In this document: in pieces, positions 62,299-64,000 of the stretch
How the letters are laid out: each line of letters starts with the position of its first letter
Position numbering within the stretch: position 1 is the stretch's first letter
Assembly (NCBI GenBank): GCA_945883805.1
Contig: CAMCYE010000003.1
Span: forward strand, 25,859-89,858
DNA length: 64,000 bases
Direction of reading: 5' to 3'
From: Victivallis vadensis
Lineage (GTDB): Bacteria; Verrucomicrobiota; Lentisphaeria; Victivallales; GWF2-50-93
Position numbers and translations under genes: made by a program
Notes under the pieces: model-generated
Told to the model about the DNA's origin: nothing
The model's database searches: none
What the model saw: the letters and a program-made list of their open reading frames with translations, nothing else

Positions 62299-62739
62299 AT
62301 GAAACTCCACGATTTAGTTACTAGCCCTTCAAAAAAACGCCGCAAAGTGGTTGGCAGAGGCGACGGTTCCGGTTCCGGGGGAACATCAGGAAAGGGACAT
62401 AAAGGCCAAAAGGCAAGATCTGGCGTTACAATCCGTCCATATTTCGAAGGCGGTCAGATTCCCTTCTTCAGACGCATACCTAAACGCGGCTTCAAAAGCC
62501 ATATGCACAAGGACTACAATGTCATCAACATCTCAAAGCTTGAGGAATTGTTTTCAGCAGGCGACCTGATTGATGATGCAATTCTCCATAAAAGGGGCAT
62601 AATTCCAAAATCGAAAAGTGGACTTAAGATTCTTGGAACCGGCGATCTGACAAAGGCGTTCACAGTCAAGGCGACAAATTTTTCCGCTTCAGCCAAGGCC
62701 AAAATCGAAGCCGCTGGCGGGAAATGCGAAATCGTGTGA
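62299..62739 (+). CDS. rplO: 50S ribosomal protein L15
   Basis: VGRGDGSGSGGTSGKGHKGQKARSG...FEGGQIPFFRRIPKRGF. It follows rpsE directly, with no rpmD (L30) between them. Confidence 0.95.
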   Translation: MKLHDLVTSPSKKRRKVVGRGDGSGSGGTSGKGHKGQKARSGVTIRPYFEGGQIPFFRRIPKRGFKSHMHKDYNVINISKLEELFSAGDLIDDAILHKRGIIPKSKSGLKILGTGDLTKAFTVKATNFSASAKAKIEAAGGKCEIV

Positions 62740-62795
62740 AATTCCTCCCGATGATTGCGCCTCTTTTCTGAAAAACCTAATCTTGGAATCTGAAT

Positions 62796-64000
62796 ATGTT
62801 CTCAGCATTTACAAATAGTTTCAAAATTAAAGAATTGAGAAATAAAATTCTCATTATGCTGGGAATCGTGGCGTTGAGCCGCATTGCCGCAAACATCCCC
62901 TGCCCTGGCGTTGATCCGAAAGCTTTAAGCGAATATTTTGAGCAGTACCGGCAACTCGACACTGCTTCATTTATGGGGATGTTTGATCTGTTCAGCGGCG
63001 GTGCGCTGGGGCATTTCGCCATAGCAACTCTAGGTATCATGCCGTATATCTCCGCTTCAATCATAATGCAGCTCCTCATACCTGTTCTCCCCGCACTGGA
63101 AAAAATGGCACGGGAAGGCGACGTGGGCAAACAGAAAATCAACCAGTACACGCGTTACCTGACTCTCATAATATGCGTGGTTCAAGGTGCAATGGCGGCA
63201 ATGGCAATGATGAGGCCGGAACGTCTCGGACTGCCTCATCCCGCCCAGGATCTTGTCCTCAACCCCGGGCCGGCATTCGTCTTAATGACGGTTGTCATCC
63301 TTACCTGTGGAACAATGTTTCTCATGTGGCTGGGCGAGCAAATCACTCATTACGGCATAGGAAACGGAGCTTCCGTGATAATAACCGTAAGCATTATTTC
63401 CAGAATGCCCGCGTCCTGCCTGCATCTTTTTGACATGGCGAAAAATGGAATATCCGACTCAGGTCAGAGATTTACCGGCGTACATGTCATGATCCTCTTT
63501 ATAATCTTCGCCCTTGTAACCGCCGCCACCATTTTGATAACCCAGGGACAGCGTCGGATCCCAATCCAGATGGCGAAGCGCATTGTAGGTTTCAACAAGA
63601 TGAAGGGAGGCACAACCTATATGCCCCTAAAAGTAAACTTCTCCGGAGTCATGCCTATTATTTTTGCGAGCGCAATCTTGATGTTCCCCCCGATGATTCT
63701 CGCATGGATACCGACAGAGTTCACCCGTTCGACACTGGCTGGCCTTTTCGTGAGACAAGAAAGTTTTCCCTACATGTTCATCTATGGCTTCATGATTCTG
63801 ATATTCTCATATTTTTGGGTTGCAAACCAGTTCAACCCTATTCAGATCTCGGAAAATCTGAAAAAAGAAGGAGCATATGTCCCTGGCATACGCCCCGGCA
63901 GGCCAACCGCAGAATTTCTTGATCACACAATGACTAGGATCACCCTTGCCGGAGCAATATTCCTGACGGCACTTGCGCTCTTCCCGACGATTCTTACCGC
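62796..64000 (+). CDS. secY: preprotein translocase subunit SecY (3' end outside window)
   Basis: ATG 62796 opens a frame with no stop before the window edge, which is why it is missing from the ORF track. It translates MFSAFTNSFKIKELRNKILIMLGIVALSRIAANIPCPGVDPKAL...LFSGGALGHFAIATLGIMPYISASIIMQLL, the SecY N-terminus. The position after rplO is canonical. Confidence 0.93.
   Translation, partial: MFSAFTNSFKIKELRNKILIMLGIVALSRIAANIPCPGVDPKALSEYFEQYRQLDTASFMGMFDLFSGGALGHFAIATLGIMPYISASIIMQLLIPVLPALEKMAREGDVGKQKINQYTRYLTLIICVVQGAMAAMAMMRPERLGLPHPAQDLVLNPGPAFVLMTVVILTCGTMFLMWLGEQITHYGIGNGASVIITVSIISRMPASCLHLFDMAKNGISDSGQRFTGVHVMILFIIFALVTAATILITQGQRRIPIQMAKRIVGFNKMKGGTTYMPLKVNFSGVMPIIFASAILMFPPMILAWIPTEFTRSTLAGLFVRQESFPYMFIYGFMILIFSYFWVANQFNPIQISENLKKEGAYVPGIRPGRPTAEFLDHTMTRITLAGAIFLTALALFPTILT

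Noticed and set aside
1-64000. Defence islands, toxin-antitoxin pairs, retrons/DGRs, prophage or integrative-element signatures, and rRNA/tRNA genes.
   Set aside because: No reverse transcriptase, integrase, recombinase, nuclease-NTPase pairs, phage structural genes or tRNA-like T-loops were found on reading both strands. The only mobile-element trace is the non-autonomous insertion at 3743-3921.

Overview
This 64 kb window is a gene-dense bacterial chromosomal segment made up mostly of housekeeping genes. By eye, the gene content and protein idiosyncrasies look like a PVC-type lineage (Lentisphaerota/Verrucomicrobiota-like), but that is an impression, not a computed result.

Recognisable content, in order:
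- ppk1 3' end, trpF, an EF-G paralog, galE, larE and mreB.
- mntH, ruvX and glmM with a GlmU-like acetyltransferase.
- A methionine cluster: a homocysteine methyltransferase/MTHFR fusion, an Rrf2 regulator and metY.
- nadC, pal, ilvE, a Ser/Thr kinase, rpoN and icd.
- ftsA-ftsZ, dapF-dapA and dprA-topA.
- A ribosomal protein block running rplV to rplO, then secY, which runs off the 3' edge.

I found no rRNA, tRNA, CRISPR array, prophage, autonomous IS element or recognisable defence island.

The unusual material is of two kinds.

(1) Non-coding DNA:
- Nearly every longer intergenic spacer is built from a small vocabulary of recurring modules. There are two families of ~80 bp imperfect palindromes, GC hairpins abutting stop codons and followed by TTCGAAAT-type words, and locally doubled or tripled 7-12 nt words.
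- One palindrome copy is split by a 179 bp MITE-like insertion. It has ~30 bp terminal inverted repeats and a TTAA duplication, and an intact copy 2.6 kb away serves as an empty-site reference.

(2) Protein-level oddities:
- An exported 580-aa protein carries 11 DnaJ-type CxxCxGxG motifs and lies just downstream of a GAF-PP2C phosphatase.
- An AraC regulator is divergently paired with a Zn-type URO-D-family enzyme three times, and the third copy is reduced to a deletion scar.
- FtsZ has a degenerate tubulin signature and is start/stop-coupled to an M28 peptidase.
- GlmU-like protein lacks the nucleotidyltransferase signature.
- TopA lacks zinc fingers.
- The S10 operon starts at rplV.

Regulatory candidates include a sigma-54 promoter in front of an orphan receiver gene and a 39 bp perfect palindrome in the Rrf2/methionine control region.

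I do not see one clear multi-gene novel system. The best candidates are the GAF-PP2C/poly-zinc-finger pair and the modular intergenic repeat and MITE system. All calls rest on reading the sequence and the supplied translations; no searches or folding programs were run.
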